Virus record (IMG/VR): IMGVR_UViG_3300005613_004097
Coordinates: 44,515-108,514 of that record
Length of the DNA: 64,000 nucleotides
Direction: 5' to 3' (one strand)
Origin: a virus
Part shown: positions 19,201 through 29,146 of the stretch, one piece after another
Layout: the number at the start of each line of letters is the position of its first letter
Position numbering within the stretch: the first letter of the stretch is position 1
Made by a program: the position numbers and the translations under genes
The notes under the pieces: model-generated
The model's database searches: none
What the model saw: the letters and a program-made list of their open reading frames with translations, nothing else
Told to the model about the DNA's origin: nothing

Positions 19201-21220
19201 ATATTACAGAGTAAATACAGCTAATGTTCCTGTAGGAACACCACCTGTTGTTTCAAATAGAAAGATAAGTGTCAATTTTGATGGTGTCCCATATTGGCAA
19301 GAAATTCCTCAATCACAAGTGACAAACCCTATATGGGAAAGAATCCCGCTGTGGAATGTGAATGAGAATATATCATCACCATTGACCTATCGAGTGCATA
19401 ACAATGTATTATATGTGAATAATAGTCAACCCTTAACGGGTGAGGAAATTCCTGGTGAATCAACGCTTTGGGATAGAGTTTATTCGTTTGAACCGGATAC
19501 TGATTACACTTATGAGTTTTATGATAACCCTATTATCAATATTGATGGTTGGTTTTATTTGAACACATTCAATCCAGGTCAAAACTATAGTGATCCTGAA
19601 ACATACGAGGATGCTGATCTGACACTTGATTCGGGTATAACAATTTATATTCATAAACCGTTCAAGAATGTTTTTGTGAACATTGCAATAAATGACAATA
19701 CGCTTCAAGCCATCGAAGATGTCATCAATGAGACCAAGAACATTGAAAGAGACCAGCTTTATGTCAAACCCAATAAAAGATTGACTGCTGCCAATTTCAT
19801 AAGACAGATAAATGATCTTGATACAAAGTATGGATTTGCAGATTATACATCTTATGTTGTGATAGATGATGACTTTACTGTTTCAAAATATAAATTTGAT
19901 CATCAACTTGAAAGATTACCATACCTTTTGATCGCAGAAGAAGCAGATGAATTGAGTATAGATGAATCATCACTGAGATTTGAAAGACAGGATATTCCAA
20001 AGAATGTTCTGAGATCAAAAAGATATCTCGAAGATGGTAAAATAGACAATTTGGAAAAATTGAACTTTTACAATGAAAATCCAATATCATATCAGATCGA
20101 GCAAGTCAAGGATCAGGTCACTCCTGTTACCAATTACAATTCATTGTCAAACAATATACAGAAATCAATTTTCAGACATTCTGGATATTACATGCCATTG
20201 GTCTATGAGGTTGAACTTTTCAGAAACATCTCATTTTATGATTCTTTAGATTGTTCAGATATATGTCCTGTGATAACTTGGGATTGGAATCATCAAGACG
20301 ATTCAAATTCATTTTATGGAGTAAGTTATTCAACAACACCTATACCTTTGTTTTATATTGGTGAGGATGCAACACAAAGGCCAACATATCAGGGCATTCT
20401 TGTTGCCGCTGGTGGTGAAATAGATATAAATTTAAGTTTCAATTCAGGTTATTGGAATTTGAATTGGAGTTTTGGAACATCTTCATTTGATGTTATGTCA
20501 AGTGAATCTTTATTTGGAACATACTCGTATAATTCTGGAACTTTATTTACACCAGTTGATTTTTATGATTCAAAAATAGTATGTGGTGATTTCAGTGATG
20601 CATATTATGTTAGTCAGAAACAAGGAACATTCTCATATAATTTACCAGCTTATGCAACTCGTAATGAAATCACCAGTAATATTTCATATACTATATTTCC
20701 TGATGTTTACGGATTTGATTGGTCAACACAATCATCTCAATGGGATGTTCGATTGGTGGGACCTTGTACGTTCATTTTACCCGGTACTCAATCTTATCTG
20801 CCAGAAGGCACATTCAGTCAGTGTGGTGGAACAGTTTCGATATCAAAAGGAATTGATCCTAATATTTTCGGAATAAATGCAATTGATCCTTGTATATACA
20901 CAAAGGTTGAAAGATCAGGTAATTGGCTGTTCGACACTGATCTTAGTTTATTCGGTGTGAAGCGACAGCGTGTTATACAGAAAGTGAATTCGATAGATAA
21001 TGTTTTGAAATTAAGGAACAATGAAAGTTTCTCATCAATATATCCAATGCTGGATGAGTTCGGATATATGGTTGTTGATTTTTTCATTTTCAAATCAACA
21101 TGGGATTACCTTTATCATTATAAGACAAATGATCCTAAGATATCATCGGTTCCTTCTCAACAGAATATTTTCAGAACCTTATATCTTCAACAGATAATAA
21201 AAAATTACAATACGATATAA
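16280..21220 (+). CDS. Large putative virion protein with carbohydrate-binding-like repeats
   Basis: 1646 aa; repeats YKVGDIVIW, YSPNEWVYIYG, YSSGDIVIYKNRYY resemble CBM5/12-type modules. Confidence 0.6.
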   Translation: MKSFSLLRTNVALTTNVKLLVDSKYNLYLESIESADELAASRLKKYQFNKDNFYDELVPDFFKNFPPDIAFSVNYDNDNDNMSNDYANQYDETYVAGAKNIIDNKNYTEEYEYFAPLYVFKHHLPKYFVIFRIDGPGLLDLNKDNFRDEFLNNFKCVKLFDMTRETVLGEFIDRNFKNNISYPPTGLDIDFRELEFTKWIGIDYESGGYTQKSLYFDEELQRESTLFDMEQLITDGYRVNKVIHPNIINFTFLFDDTPATKDTLRKWSLNRYSGFYLDDMQIYDKIHPFKLPRLQSDVVILSGNEIISTSKTDPFVEGFKVDDTMWVEYDGEFYRVERFEKTLARKVNPEKRGARNKQITVDEVVSPKVTRYRIISDRDLSGQQALLNRQHCYIDDMNRIIDASTDSAYVIPDFDYADVNLILIDGIYHNIVFDSGFYRLNTDYGFTYSEDYRLTYFTNSGIDGFSKFIDLDITTLNQPVNFPIFRLKFTDIKDFDTSIIDTEFSKFEYEKRNDITKTEEPKLYFTDLRSNSNPAPFDDFTFKGRTELIPVASEYTANLETFREENGQLTELWRKSPNHVRWGYQNSLSAHDHQYLLNNTDLLGNFNQTVDTRNFIPNRSSRNLDYFYTINSGTTSYIHHTLHVEKNVAPFIQDQNYRFELDKYLNLATYSYFGLTYSYDFNYFEHFFSPTQSFMDGEIVRNVKKWSYFEEGDRSIPSMTVFKGIKFKIFEVDSIIKNNVSVENLNLFTSNKFNDYKFSILLSSNDKMVANDGTLYEPYITDSFISATDLGGGTTSFLTSISASPSVAVDDIIEVEFPQYQTNFATVNYVGAVTGGFGFNAVTNIIGSQNFGGNYRIKLQWKRIFNFELDREYKVGDIVIWNYQTYECVSDVTLIQPADNPSTSSSFITFTTTPSQVHPFWRGTSNSYSPNEWVYIYGEYYTPVIPINTNIYINNFWDDTLLYSSGDIVIYKNRYYRVNTANVPVGTPPVVSNRKISVNFDGVPYWQEIPQSQVTNPIWERIPLWNVNENISSPLTYRVHNNVLYVNNSQPLTGEEIPGESTLWDRVYSFEPDTDYTYEFYDNPIINIDGWFYLNTFNPGQNYSDPETYEDADLTLDSGITIYIHKPFKNVFVNIAINDNTLQAIEDVINETKNIERDQLYVKPNKRLTAANFIRQINDLDTKYGFADYTSYVVIDDDFTVSKYKFDHQLERLPYLLIAEEADELSIDESSLRFERQDIPKNVLRSKRYLEDGKIDNLEKLNFYNENPISYQIEQVKDQVTPVTNYNSLSNNIQKSIFRHSGYYMPLVYEVELFRNISFYDSLDCSDICPVITWDWNHQDDSNSFYGVSYSTTPIPLFYIGEDATQRPTYQGILVAAGGEIDINLSFNSGYWNLNWSFGTSSFDVMSSESLFGTYSYNSGTLFTPVDFYDSKIVCGDFSDAYYVSQKQGTFSYNLPAYATRNEITSNISYTIFPDVYGFDWSTQSSQWDVRLVGPCTFILPGTQSYLPEGTFSQCGGTVSISKGIDPNIFGINAIDPCIYTKVERSGNWLFDTDLSLFGVKRQRVIQKVNSIDNVLKLRNNESFSSIYPMLDEFGYMVVDFFIFKSTWDYLYHYKTNDPKISSVPSQQNIFRTLYLQQIIKNYNTI

Positions 21221-21951
21221 TGAGAAGAACTTACATATCACCTGAATTTGATTACACACAAGTTTGGGGAACATACAACATGAAGGAAGAATCCTCATTT
21301 CTATCGAGTAAAATGTTGGAAATTGAGGATCAACTTATCTTAGATGACCAAAGTCTTGTTTATTTTCAGAAGGCAAACAAAGAACAGATCGATCTTTCTA
21401 TTGAACAGTCATTGCCAAGTCAATCTTACTCGACCTCTGACAATAAAAGACAGAATCACACTTTATCGATCGATGAGTCGCAATCACAATTACAGAGAGA
21501 CACAAGGTGTCGATATATTCTGACAATAGACCTTGCAACCATCATCACAGAACATGTTTTTGCTTTATTGAAAAGATACAGAACATTCGAGGGTGTCAGA
21601 AACATTATGACCAGAACGGGTGATGTTGATTTTGCAATCAGAGAGTATGTGCAGAAAAATGTTCTTGATAGATATAGACTGAGAGAGGTAAGATTGTATT
21701 TGAAATACAATCAATTGAACAATCAGGCAATTTTGAAATATAACAATGTTTGGTCAGGATTCACAGATCCGACCACATCAAGAACTGCGATATTGCCTGC
21801 TGATATTGTGCAAGATCAGTTCAGATTGAGGAATGTTGAGACTGAAACAGAATTCGATCAATCAAGAACAACTTTGAAGTTTTCTCAGCAACAGGATGCG
21901 AGAAGTTTCAACTTTGATTATTATTTTATTATTGATATTGAAAAAATTTAA
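21220..21951 (+). CDS. Putative virion structural protein
   Basis: Translationally coupled (TAATG) to the preceding gene. Confidence 0.55.
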   Translation: MRRTYISPEFDYTQVWGTYNMKEESSFLSSKMLEIEDQLILDDQSLVYFQKANKEQIDLSIEQSLPSQSYSTSDNKRQNHTLSIDESQSQLQRDTRCRYILTIDLATIITEHVFALLKRYRTFEGVRNIMTRTGDVDFAIREYVQKNVLDRYRLREVRLYLKYNQLNNQAILKYNNVWSGFTDPTTSRTAILPADIVQDQFRLRNVETETEFDQSRTTLKFSQQQDARSFNFDYYFIIDIEKI

Positions 21952-21954
21952 AAT

Positions 21955-22320
21955 ATGAAAGGTCAGGATCTAGAAAAATTGAAAAGGTTGATATCTGCTT
22001 TTGAAGGCAGACCAAATCATTTGGCAAAATTTCTCTCAGAGAAGAATGCTTTCAATGATGAGTTCATAGATAAATTATCGAAAAGTGAGGTCAATATAGA
22101 TGACATGCCCAATTTCAGAACAATCAAAGAAATGAAAAGATGGTTCAATGACCTTATTGATGATCTTGATCATTTGAAAAAGAAAAAGACGAAAAAACAG
22201 ATAATAAAAGAGTTGAATAAAAAGCTGCAAACTGCAATTGAGATGGAAGATTTCGAAGAGGCGTGTAGGATCCGAGATTATATGATAAAAAATAATTTCA
22301 GATCTAAACCAAACAAGTAA
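21955..22320 (+). CDS. UVR-domain (UvrB/C coiled-coil motif) protein
   Basis: LQTAIEMEDFEEACRIRD. Confidence 0.8.
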   Translation: MKGQDLEKLKRLISAFEGRPNHLAKFLSEKNAFNDEFIDKLSKSEVNIDDMPNFRTIKEMKRWFNDLIDDLDHLKKKKTKKQIIKELNKKLQTAIEMEDFEEACRIRDYMIKNNFRSKPNK

Positions 22321-22361
22321 TGATCGATATAAACATTCGTAACCTTTTAAAAATCAAATAA

Positions 22362-23486
22362 ATGACAGAAGAATTAGTTAAAGCAGAAAAAACAACAACA
22401 AGACAACCTATTTCAGACCAATCATGGTGGGATGAGATCGAGTATGAACAGAAGCGTTCATTGAGAAATGTCAAGCCAGTAACACAACAGGACATCGAAT
22501 TTTACAACATGGTCAAGAACATTCAGGTCATTGATCCAAGACCAGGAGCTGTCGTGAGTGGAAAATACATTGGGATGCAAGGACAGGATTATATTTTTTT
22601 CTTTGAGGGATTCAAAGACCACATTCGTGTAGAGAACAAACCAAATGAGGAAAAGTATATCGAGAACATTCAAAAAGGAGATTCAGTGGATATCCTTATC
22701 TATGATGTTGATAGAAAAAACTTTGAGATCAAAGGATCAATATCACAACTTTTCGAGACAATGGTTCATAAAGAACTGTCTGAGGACTCTGATGTTATTG
22801 TGATGGCCAAAGTGAATTCAATGAATCCAGCAGGATACGACATCACATTGGAGTATAATAATGTTGAGATGAGTGCATTCATGCCCAACACACTTGCAGG
22901 AATCAACAAATTACATGACCCTGAATCGATAGTAGGTCAAAAATTCGAGGTCATGGTCGAGTCCTATTCAGAGAGTGAGGGAACTTATATTGTGTCAAGG
23001 AGAAAGTATCTTAAAACATTGATGCCAAAAGAACTTGATAAACTTATGACCAACACTTTATATCAAGGTCATGTGACCGGTACAACACCGTTCGGAGTCT
23101 TTGTTGAGTTCAACAGATGTCTCACAGGAATGATACACAAGGCCAACATTGTTGAAGAATACAGAGACAAGATACAGGATATCAGACCTGGCCAAAAGAT
23201 CGAATTCTATGTGAAAGAGATCATCAAGAACAATAAGATAATTCTAACTCAGATATTGAGAGAGACGCTTTGGGATAACATTGAAGTCGGTCAATCACTT
23301 TCAGGTATCGTTAAAGATGTGAAGCCTTTCGGAGCATTGGTGGTCTTAGATTCAGAAACTATCGGACTTGTACATTCGTCTGAGATTGAGAAGAACAACT
23401 TGGATCTTTCAAATGGAAGTCAGGTCAGTGTGAAAGTGTTGAGAGTTGATAGAGGAAATAGAAAGATATTCCTCACCGTTGAGTAA
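22362..23486 (+). CDS. Ribosomal protein bS1-like multi-S1-domain protein
   Basis: About four S1 repeats: GHVTGTTPFGVFVEF..GMIH, GIVKDVKPFGALV..GLVHSSEI; IVSRRKYL linker. Confidence 0.85.
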   Translation: MTEELVKAEKTTTRQPISDQSWWDEIEYEQKRSLRNVKPVTQQDIEFYNMVKNIQVIDPRPGAVVSGKYIGMQGQDYIFFFEGFKDHIRVENKPNEEKYIENIQKGDSVDILIYDVDRKNFEIKGSISQLFETMVHKELSEDSDVIVMAKVNSMNPAGYDITLEYNNVEMSAFMPNTLAGINKLHDPESIVGQKFEVMVESYSESEGTYIVSRRKYLKTLMPKELDKLMTNTLYQGHVTGTTPFGVFVEFNRCLTGMIHKANIVEEYRDKIQDIRPGQKIEFYVKEIIKNNKIILTQILRETLWDNIEVGQSLSGIVKDVKPFGALVVLDSETIGLVHSSEIEKNNLDLSNGSQVSVKVLRVDRGNRKIFLTVE

Positions 23487-23496
23487 GTTCATTTAA

Positions 23497-23522
23497 GAAG
23501 GGGATTCTTTTGAATTCCCTTC
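23497..23522. terminator. Stem-loop between the S1 and queF-like genes
   Basis: gaaggggattc-tttt-gaattcccttc inverted repeat; weak U tract. Confidence 0.45.
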
Positions 23523-23548
23523 ATTTAAAAAAATTAAATATTCAGAGA

Positions 23549-23977
23549 ATGATTAAATTGCATGATAAGATAGATAGTAAAATTTTGAAATCTTTACCCA
23601 ATCCAACAAAGGAATCATATGAGGCAAAGATAAAAATTCCAGAATGTACATTCTTAGGTGTGAAAGAACAACCAGACTTTGCAACTATTTATCTTACATT
23701 CTATGCAGGTGACAAGATAATTGAATTGAAATCACTCAAACAATATATCTTCCAATTGAGGGATATTGTTGTATCGTATGAACGTTTGATAAATATTATC
23801 TATGATGATCTTATGAAAGTTTATGATCCTCAAAGATTAAGAATTGTTATGATATGTAATCCAAGAGGTGGTATATCATCAACACTTACGATCGACTCTG
23901 ATTGGTCTGTCAGAGGTGGTAAGGAAGTTTTCAAAGATTGGAATAATTCTGATGATACTTGGAGTGTTACTATGTAA
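23549..23977 (+). CDS. queF: QueF-like T-fold protein (preQ0 reductase family)
   Basis: QPDFATI, ELKSLKQY and PRGGIS motifs; catalytic Cys position appears to be Gly. Confidence 0.8.
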   Translation: MIKLHDKIDSKILKSLPNPTKESYEAKIKIPECTFLGVKEQPDFATIYLTFYAGDKIIELKSLKQYIFQLRDIVVSYERLINIIYDDLMKVYDPQRLRIVMICNPRGGISSTLTIDSDWSVRGGKEVFKDWNNSDDTWSVTM

Positions 23978-24905
23978 AGTAACGCTCCAATATATCACTG
24001 AGTTTCATATTCATTATCTCGTTGAAATCCTCTCTTTTAAGGTCTAGATTCTTTTCAGATTTTTTTATATGAAATATTAAAACACACAGGTCTTTAGCCT
24101 GTGTGATGCAAATATATGAAAAAAAATTAAAAAAGTGATAAAAAAATCAAGAGGGAAGGTGAACGATCTAATATATAGATAAGACAAAAACCAAGTCTTA
24201 AAAAAATTAAACAGTCTGGTCAGGGGACCTGTCAACGGACTTTAAACAAAAACACGGTGAGGCGTTCTCGTTGGAGAAGTCTGTGAAACGTGAAACACAA
24301 AAATCTTTAGTTTTTGTGTAGTTCATTGCCCAATCGATAGGATCATATACATGTCTTTTCTCATTCGTGGTGCTTTTACTGAGAATATCGAACAATTTTT
24401 TATTTTTATTATCAAATTGTTCGATCATTCTTTTTTTGAAATCAACTGTGAAGTTTTCTTTCTTATTGAATATATGAGATATCTTTATCTTTCTGGATTC
24501 CTTCTTACTTAATAATTTGAAGGTTTTATTGTTGTACCAAAGTTCTTTATCATATCCTTCAAGTTTTATCTTGTACAACGGATAGTAAGTGGTTCCACAT
24601 TTCTCTACACTGGATATCCTGTACTTACCACCTTTGATGAAATATCTGTAAGTTTTCACATTACATATTATGATCGAACCAACTTCGGGAAATGCATCTT
24701 TTTGTTCATTCATATAATCTTTTGTTGGATCTAGATCTTTTCCATCCATAAGAACAAACTTGTCTGCATAATACCAACCAAGTCGCTTACCACACTCGGT
24801 CTCAACAAGGTATTGTCTCCAATTGCCACTTCTTTTAACATCTATAAGTGAATAGATGTTTCCTTTTATCAGTACATCGGTATCATCCTTCGCTTTTACT
24901 CTCAT
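23970..24905 (-). pseudogene. Hypothetical gene interrupted by a 258-bp IS-derived insertion
   Basis: 24905-24327 (193 codons, ...PIDWA) and 24068-23970 (IKKSEKNLDL...RYFT*) join in frame once 24069-24326 is removed. Confidence 0.85.
24069..24326 (+). mobile_element. Non-autonomous IS200/IS605-type mini-element with a probable omega/reRNA right end
   Basis: Subterminal hairpins with identical TCTTTAG loops (24083-24105, 24295-24319); right end ...gtgtagttcat; inserted 3' of TTTAT; no transposase or tnpB ORF. Confidence 0.8.
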
Positions 24906-25344
24906 TCAAATATTTTTCATATAGTTTGTCAATTGAATCATCATCGATATCTTTCATAAGTTGAGAAAAATGTTCTTTTATCAAAAGAAACATGTTCTCA
25001 GAATTCAGAATTTGAATATCTTGATATAGTTTTGATGCAACTTCATCAGTTAAAATATCAATTTTTGTTTGATTGGATCCTATTCCGATTGCAACAAGCT
25101 TTTTCATTCTTTGTCTTTTCGTATCATCGATGATGAACTCCCAATCTGTCATTTTTTCGAGGTTCATTCTCAGGTCCGATACACTTTTAACAACCAGAAA
25201 TCCGGAAGATATTTGTTCGAATCTGAATCTGTCACAGAATTCTTTGGCTTCTTTCAAACCAAGATCTGTAGAGAATTTTATTGCCTTTACAAGGCCAAGA
25301 TGTTGGCTACCTCTTTTTCTTAATGTGATCTTTACTAATTCCAT
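24883..25344 (-). CDS. Protein with a ribosomal bL12 C-terminal-domain-like motif
   Basis: LVKAIKFSTDLGLKEAKEFCD matches the L7/L12 GLKEAK signature. Confidence 0.65.
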   Translation of the reverse strand: MELVKITLRKRGSQHLGLVKAIKFSTDLGLKEAKEFCDRFRFEQISSGFLVVKSVSDLRMNLEKMTDWEFIIDDTKRQRMKKLVAIGIGSNQTKIDILTDEVASKLYQDIQILNSENMFLLIKEHFSQLMKDIDDDSIDKLYEKYLNESKSEG

Positions 25345-25394
25345 TCAACAAATGTAAGCAAATTTCCTATAAATTCAAACTAAAACATCTTAAA

Positions 25395-26501
25395 ATGATC
25401 AAGAACATAAAATCACAGACAGAATTATCAGGACTTTACATAATCTATAATGGATCAACCTTACTGGAAAAACCAGGATGGTATGGTATATCACATCTTA
25501 TGGAACACCTTGTGTGTAAATCATTTGATGATCTCAATGATGATTTTGACCGTGATGGAATTTCTTGGAATGCTTATACTGAAACAAACTTGATAAATTT
25601 TCATTTCACAGGGTTGGAAGAGAATTTGAAAAAATATAGAAATAAGATATTCGACAGAATATTCAAATTCGATGTCACTAAAGAACAATTCGAGACAGAA
25701 AGAAATATTGTTCTTTCTGAGTATGAGGATTACTTCAATGATCAAGCTTACGCACATCACATGAATTTGAACAGAAAAATGTTCAATGATTTTGATCCTA
25801 TCGGTCTTAGAAGTGACCTTGAAAAAATGAGATTCATGGATGCCATTGAGTTCTTTGAACTTCAATATATGAGACCATCCATGGTAATAAATGTTTCCAA
25901 AGACTTTGAACTGCGTGATATCCCAGTTGAGTTCAGTGATGTTACAATAGATAGAAATCTTGTCATGGGTGAGAACCAAGTAGAACTTGAGTTGAATAAT
26001 GAATTCAAAGATAAATCATCGATAATATTCACGGCACCGTTGGTCGAATCGGATTTTGCAAAAGTTAATTTCATCACAAAGATGCTTTCAATGGGTCTCC
26101 AATCACCTTTATACAAAGAGATTCGTGAAAAAATGGGTCTTGTTTATTACATAAATTGTTATCAAGGAAGATTCAACAAACAAGGTGTTTTAAGAATTGA
26201 TACACTCACGAACAATAGGAATGTTGATAAGTTGATAAAGGGTGTTGAACAAGTTCTAAAAGATAAAGATAGTGTTCTCAATCAGGCGAGATTCGATGTT
26301 GTAAAGGCAAGTCTGAAAAACAAATACAAGAAACAGGAAATACTAAGGTTTCAGAGTGTTGATAAATTCTTCATACCTGAAGAATTTCAGATCGAGCAAA
26401 TAATTGACACACTCACTCTCGATGATCTTGCTCCGGTTTACGAGAAATATTTTGATTTTTCGAAATATCATATTTCCAATGATAAAAAAGAGTTCAGATG
26501 A
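25395..26501 (+). CDS. M16-family zinc peptidase
   Basis: GISHLMEH (HxxEH), NAYT, SPLYKEIREKMGLVY. Confidence 0.92.
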   Translation: MIKNIKSQTELSGLYIIYNGSTLLEKPGWYGISHLMEHLVCKSFDDLNDDFDRDGISWNAYTETNLINFHFTGLEENLKKYRNKIFDRIFKFDVTKEQFETERNIVLSEYEDYFNDQAYAHHMNLNRKMFNDFDPIGLRSDLEKMRFMDAIEFFELQYMRPSMVINVSKDFELRDIPVEFSDVTIDRNLVMGENQVELELNNEFKDKSSIIFTAPLVESDFAKVNFITKMLSMGLQSPLYKEIREKMGLVYYINCYQGRFNKQGVLRIDTLTNNRNVDKLIKGVEQVLKDKDSVLNQARFDVVKASLKNKYKKQEILRFQSVDKFFIPEEFQIEQIIDTLTLDDLAPVYEKYFDFSKYHISNDKKEFR

Positions 26502-26992
26502 AATATTTTCTCAAAAAACCTATTAAAAAGAAATGTTCGGATGAGATAAGACCTTTACTTGAGGTGATAAATGCTCTTCCGGCAATTGAGATACACTCTT
26601 ATTCTGAAATGGGTAACCATACTATAGTTTTTCTATATGTTGATAATAAACAGGAAAGAGATGACTTTGGTATTCAACAAACACCATTATCACAGGGTCT
26701 TTTCTTTTTGGCCAGGTCAATAGATCGTAGATATTTAAACTATTTTGTAGAGATATCGATAAGTGTAATGGATATTTATGAGGAAAAAGAAAATCTACCA
26801 ACAATCTATGAACTGCACATAATGGGTGATGATCAAGCAGATGTTTCTGGAAAGATCAATGCTATCATAGAGAGTATGGATCAACATCTTCATAATGAGA
26901 ATTTCATCAAATATTATAATATCGATCTTTCGCGGTTCAGTATAATGACCATAAAAGATGACAGGCGAGAAAAAATAAAACAAATACTATGA
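26498..26992 (+). CDS. Hypothetical protein
   Basis: Coupled ORF ending RREKIKQIL. Confidence 0.65.
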   Translation: MKYFLKKPIKKKCSDEIRPLLEVINALPAIEIHSYSEMGNHTIVFLYVDNKQERDDFGIQQTPLSQGLFFLARSIDRRYLNYFVEISISVMDIYEEKENLPTIYELHIMGDDQADVSGKINAIIESMDQHLHNENFIKYYNIDLSRFSIMTIKDDRREKIKQIL

Positions 26993-27171
26993 ACACAAAA
27001 GAATTCAGAGAAGAGATGATGCAAAAGTTGAATGATATTGCTATGAAATATCAATTTGAATTTGATACTCCGGAAATGCGAGATCAAATGCAACATGAAA
27101 TTGACATTGTTACCGGTGAGTATAAAAGAAAAGAAAGAACCAGAAAGATCAAACAGATTCTTGACCTTTGA
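26989..27171 (+). CDS. Hypothetical protein
   Basis: Coupled ORF ending RTRKIKQILDL. Confidence 0.6.
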   Translation: MNTKEFREEMMQKLNDIAMKYQFEFDTPEMRDQMQHEIDIVTGEYKRKERTRKIKQILDL

Positions 27172-27706
27172 TATGGTCGATCAACATTAAAAGGTTTTCT
27201 GAATTATTCGGATACCTGTTCATCATTTTTTCTAAAAACTCGAGTCTGGCTGGTCTGTACATCTCACCAAAAGATTCATATTCCTTTGATATACCATTCT
27301 CCCATTCCAATAATTTTTCATAATCACTTTCAACAATCGACATATCCATCTCACAGAACATTTTAGATAATTGATCCTCTGTTTCGTGTGTCTTGGTGTC
27401 CAATATCATCTGTTTGATGTGCTGAATATCCTCTCTTTTGACATCATAGCAAAGTTCTTCAAAGAACCTCACAGATTGTTCTTCATTGTCAGTTCTTTTC
27501 GGATCATATATGATATCGTGAAACAATGCAGTTATCATCAACTTTTCATATTCTTTTTGTGAAAGTTGATCTTTCCTTTCATTTATCATGTCGATAAGTT
27601 CGAGAAGATGATTCTGATTATGATAATATCTGTGTGATTCATTCCACATATCAAGAAGCATCGTGTAATTGCCTTTGATGCTCCATCTGTCTAAAAGTTC
27701 TTGCAT
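27149..27706 (-). CDS. HD-superfamily phosphohydrolase
   Basis: HRYYHNQNH, ALFHDIIYDP, NEEQS, DTKTH, DMSI. Confidence 0.85.
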   Translation of the reverse strand: MQELLDRWSIKGNYTMLLDMWNESHRYYHNQNHLLELIDMINERKDQLSQKEYEKLMITALFHDIIYDPKRTDNEEQSVRFFEELCYDVKREDIQHIKQMILDTKTHETEDQLSKMFCEMDMSIVESDYEKLLEWENGISKEYESFGEMYRPARLEFLEKMMNRYPNNSENLLMLIDHIKGQESV

Positions 27707-27747
27707 TTGAAAAATAATATTTTATCTATATATTAAAAGTGTTTGCT

Positions 27748-29040
27748 TTAAAAGTCCCAAAAATCATCAGGTGATTCAACTTTTTCAACTTTATTTGGTT
27801 TCGGTTCTTTGAATATCATGTGATTTTTTTTACTTTTCGTGTCTATCAATCGTTTTCTCATGTTCAATTGAAAGAGTAAAAGTTCTTCATTTGTGTATTG
27901 GTCAATTTTATCCAACTTGAAATTGGGATGTTCAAGAACACATATTGCAACATATTTCTTTTCACCTTCATATCTTGATATCAACCTATTCACATAATTG
28001 ATCTGTTCACTTAATTTATATCCTCTCAGATTCGGTATTGTCTGTGGAGCTGTTTGTATGATATCATGTAAAAGTTCTATATCCTCTTTCGATGCATTCA
28101 TGTCGAAATAATCCTTTCTATCAATAACATGTCGCAATTTCGTATATAATCCTTTTTCAATATGTCTGAAATTTCTTACATAACTTTCAAATTCCTCACA
28201 TGTTGTGCAATTGAGACCGTTGAATTCATTATAATCCAGGTCAGGATTGAATTCATCACTTGAAGACATACGAAATATCATATTCTCATTTCTTTCCAAT
28301 TCATTTTTGAATATGAAATTCTTCATACTATCATCCTTTTGGATCATAAAATACTTTTTGAGTATGTTTGCATTTTCTCGGAACATATTTGCATATTTCA
28401 TGGTGAAATATCTTCTGTTGACTCCGATAAAGTTTTTGTGATTCACATAGGCGCATAACTTCAATTCATATTCATCAAGTTCAACATTCAACTCTTTGGC
28501 CTTTTTTGCAATTCTTATGGCAGAGTGTGATGGTGACATGAAATTGACGACATATAATTTACCGGTCTTCAAAAAGTTTATGAAATCATCTGTGTAATAG
28601 AATTTTTCACTTTCAAGACAATATGCGACTTGTGTACAATTTATGTCAAATGAATCCAATACCGTCTGAACATCATTGTCAGTTCCACCAATATCTATTT
28701 TATTTATGATACCATCCTGTTGTGTTGATATGATATAATAGAATTTATCTACATCGGATCTGAATGTGAGCCCAGAATATGTCTCAATATATTTGACATC
28801 TTTTACCTCATAGAAGTTCTTTTTCGGAAGTTGATATTTTCTCAGTTTATGATATTCCTCTTTGCTTGTTTTTTCTTTGAATTCAAAGATATCTACATCA
28901 TTGATGACGGCCTTGTTGCCAGATACGATCTCCCACATGATGTTTGCCAATGATCCACCGGCAAGTATTCCAGTTTTAGGTAGAGTGGTTATTTGTTTTA
29001 TTCGTTCAAGTGCTTCTTGTGATATTTTTTCAATGTTCAT
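27748..29040 (-). CDS. Nucleotidyltransferase, poly(A) polymerase/CCA-head-like
   Basis: LAGGSL...NDVDIF and FDINCTQVAY motifs. Confidence 0.65.
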   Translation of the reverse strand: MNIEKISQEALERIKQITTLPKTGILAGGSLANIMWEIVSGNKAVINDVDIFEFKEKTSKEEYHKLRKYQLPKKNFYEVKDVKYIETYSGLTFRSDVDKFYYIISTQQDGIINKIDIGGTDNDVQTVLDSFDINCTQVAYCLESEKFYYTDDFINFLKTGKLYVVNFMSPSHSAIRIAKKAKELNVELDEYELKLCAYVNHKNFIGVNRRYFTMKYANMFRENANILKKYFMIQKDDSMKNFIFKNELERNENMIFRMSSSDEFNPDLDYNEFNGLNCTTCEEFESYVRNFRHIEKGLYTKLRHVIDRKDYFDMNASKEDIELLHDIIQTAPQTIPNLRGYKLSEQINYVNRLISRYEGEKKYVAICVLEHPNFKLDKIDQYTNEELLLFQLNMRKRLIDTKSKKNHMIFKEPKPNKVEKVESPDDFWDF

Positions 29041-29146
29041 TTAATTATTATTAAAAGGTTCATTGATTATATCCTCTTATTTTTGATTTGTTTACTTCAA
29101 TTTCTGTTTACAAATTTCGTAATAGCTATCATCGTTCTGATAATTT

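Noticed and set aside
24207-24326. ORF-track C-terminus MNYTKTKDFCVSRF... of the 24905 gene
   Set aside because: It is read-through into the inserted element; the natural C-terminus lies at 24068-23970
24069-24326. Self-splicing intron or IStron, since the insert length is a multiple of 3
   Set aside because: No recognisable group I/II core; contains in-frame stops; hairpin ends fit an IS200/IS605 derivative
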